DNA of 38,455 nt from a virus (lineage: Duplodnaviria > Heunggongvirae > Uroviricota > Caudoviricetes). The notes under the pieces are model-generated. The model had not been told where the DNA came from. It made no database searches and was given only the letters and a program-made list of their open reading frames with translations. The stretch's first letter is position 1, and each line of letters opens with the position of its first letter. A program made the translations under genes and the position numbers. The stretch is from IMG/VR virus record IMGVR_UViG_2713896790_000012. One strand, given 5' to 3'. Below are positions 37,220-38,455 of the stretch, piece after piece.

Positions 37220-38455
37220 ATGTCTAAATTACCAACAGGTGTCGAGATTCGAGGTAAATACATTCGCATCTGGTTCATGTTTCGAGGAAAACGATGTCGG
37301 GAAACATTGAAAGGCTGGGAGGTTACTAACAGTAACATTAAAAAGGCCGGGAATTTAAGAGCGTTGATAGTTCATGAAATCAACTCCGGTGAATTTGAGT
37401 ATTTAAGACGTTTTCCCCAGTCCAGCACTGGGGCAAAAATGGTGACAACGAGGGTCATAAAAACGTTCGGGGAGCTTTGTGATATCTGGACAAAAATTAA
37501 AGAGACAGAGTTAACAACAAACACAATGAAGAAAACGAAATCACAATTAAAAACACTCAGGATAATAATTTGTGAGAGTACCCCAATATCACATATTCGT
37601 TATAGCGATATCTTAAACTACCGGAATGAACTGCTGCATGGAGAAACACTTTACCTAGATAATCCAAGATCCAACAAAAAAGGAAGAACCGTGCGCACAG
37701 TTGATAACTATATCGCCCTGCTCTGTTCGTTGTTACGTTTTGCGTATCAGTCGGGATTTATATCAACCAAACCATTTGAAGGAGTAAAAAAATTACAGCG
37801 AAACAGAATAAAGCCTGATCCGTTATCTAAAACAGAATTCAATGCATTAATGGAAAGTGAAAAAGGACAGAGCCAGAACTTGTGGAAATTTGCCGTTTAC
37901 TCCGGGCTTCGTCACGGGGAACTGGCAGCTCTGGCGTGGGAGGATGTGGATTTCGAGAAGGGAATTGTGAATGTCAGAAGAAACCTGACGATACTTGATA
38001 TGTTCGGTCCCCCAAAAACAAATGCGGGGATCCGGACGGTAACACTACTACAGCCAGCTCTTGAAGCACTGAAGGAGCAATACAAACTGACCGGGCATCA
38101 TCGCAAAAGCGAAATCACTTTTTATCATCGGGAGTACGGCAGAACCGAAAAGCACAAACTGCATTTTGTTTTCATGCCCAGGATGTGTAACGGAAAACAG
38201 AAACCTTATTACTCGGTAAGCAGTTTGGGTGCGAGATGGAATGCAGCAGTAAAACGTGCTGGTATTCGCCGCCGTAATCCGTACCATACGCGACATACTT
38301 TTGCCTGCTGGCTGTTGACGGCAGGAGCGAACCCGGCATTTATAGCCAGCCAGATGGGGCATGAAACTGCGCAGATGGTGTATGAAATTTACGGTATGTG
38401 GATTGATGACATGAACGACGAACAGGTAGCTATGTTGAATGCGCGGTTATCGTAG
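37220..38455 (+). CDS. intR: Tyrosine-type site-specific integrase
   Basis: 411 aa; C-terminal catalytic region with R...HTRHT...Y-type motifs (NPYHTRHTFACWLLTAGANPAFIASQMGHETAQMVYEIY); stop codon TAG is the last 3 bases of the window. Confidence 0.85.
   Translation: MSKLPTGVEIRGKYIRIWFMFRGKRCRETLKGWEVTNSNIKKAGNLRALIVHEINSGEFEYLRRFPQSSTGAKMVTTRVIKTFGELCDIWTKIKETELTTNTMKKTKSQLKTLRIIICESTPISHIRYSDILNYRNELLHGETLYLDNPRSNKKGRTVRTVDNYIALLCSLLRFAYQSGFISTKPFEGVKKLQRNRIKPDPLSKTEFNALMESEKGQSQNLWKFAVYSGLRHGELAALAWEDVDFEKGIVNVRRNLTILDMFGPPKTNAGIRTVTLLQPALEALKEQYKLTGHHRKSEITFYHREYGRTEKHKLHFVFMPRMCNGKQKPYYSVSSLGARWNAAVKRAGIRRRNPYHTRHTFACWLLTAGANPAFIASQMGHETAQMVYEIYGMWIDDMNDEQVAMLNARLS

Noticed and set aside
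38400-38455. Search for attachment site / prophage boundary
   Set aside because: The window ends exactly at the integrase stop codon; att and the flanking host tRNA or gene lie outside, so no boundary can be called.

Overview
Almost the whole window is one Rac-type lambdoid prophage of an Enterobacteriaceae (E. coli-like) host, apparently far more complete than the K-12 Rac remnant. Gene names are assigned from remembered K-12 Rac / lambda / phage 21 proteins and codon-by-codon reading; no database search was possible. Layout: (1) 1-21.7 kb, minus strand, late operon: tail (J fragment, I, K, L, M, tape measure, G/G-T frameshift chaperone, major tail), head-tail joining, capsid, scaffold, head morphogenesis, portal, terminase; then a cargo block (GT2-like glycosyltransferase, ParB-like nuclease-domain protein, trkG) and a phage-21-type lysis cassette (Rz/Rz1, SAR endolysin, pinholin). 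(2) 21.7-23.5 kb: convergent terminators, tRNA-Thr and tRNA-Gly, candidate tR', Q-like antiterminator. (3) 23.4-29.5 kb, minus strand: nin-like region with a Gef/Hok-type toxin gene cut by an N gap and a QueH-like gene, ydaU/ydaV-like replication genes, ydaT, cro-like ydaS. (4) 29.5-38.5 kb, plus strand: repressor, ydaG, ydaF, sieB (minus), kilR, ydaE, racC, long RecE-like exonuclease, annealing protein, ralR, ydaC, xis, int ending at the last base. Five N runs interrupt the sequence; two have duplicated flanks. The most interesting candidates are the ParB-like/GT2-like gene pair next to the terminase, a TGCGCA hexamer array inside terS, the QueH-like gene, and an iteron-like repeat block inside the replication gene.
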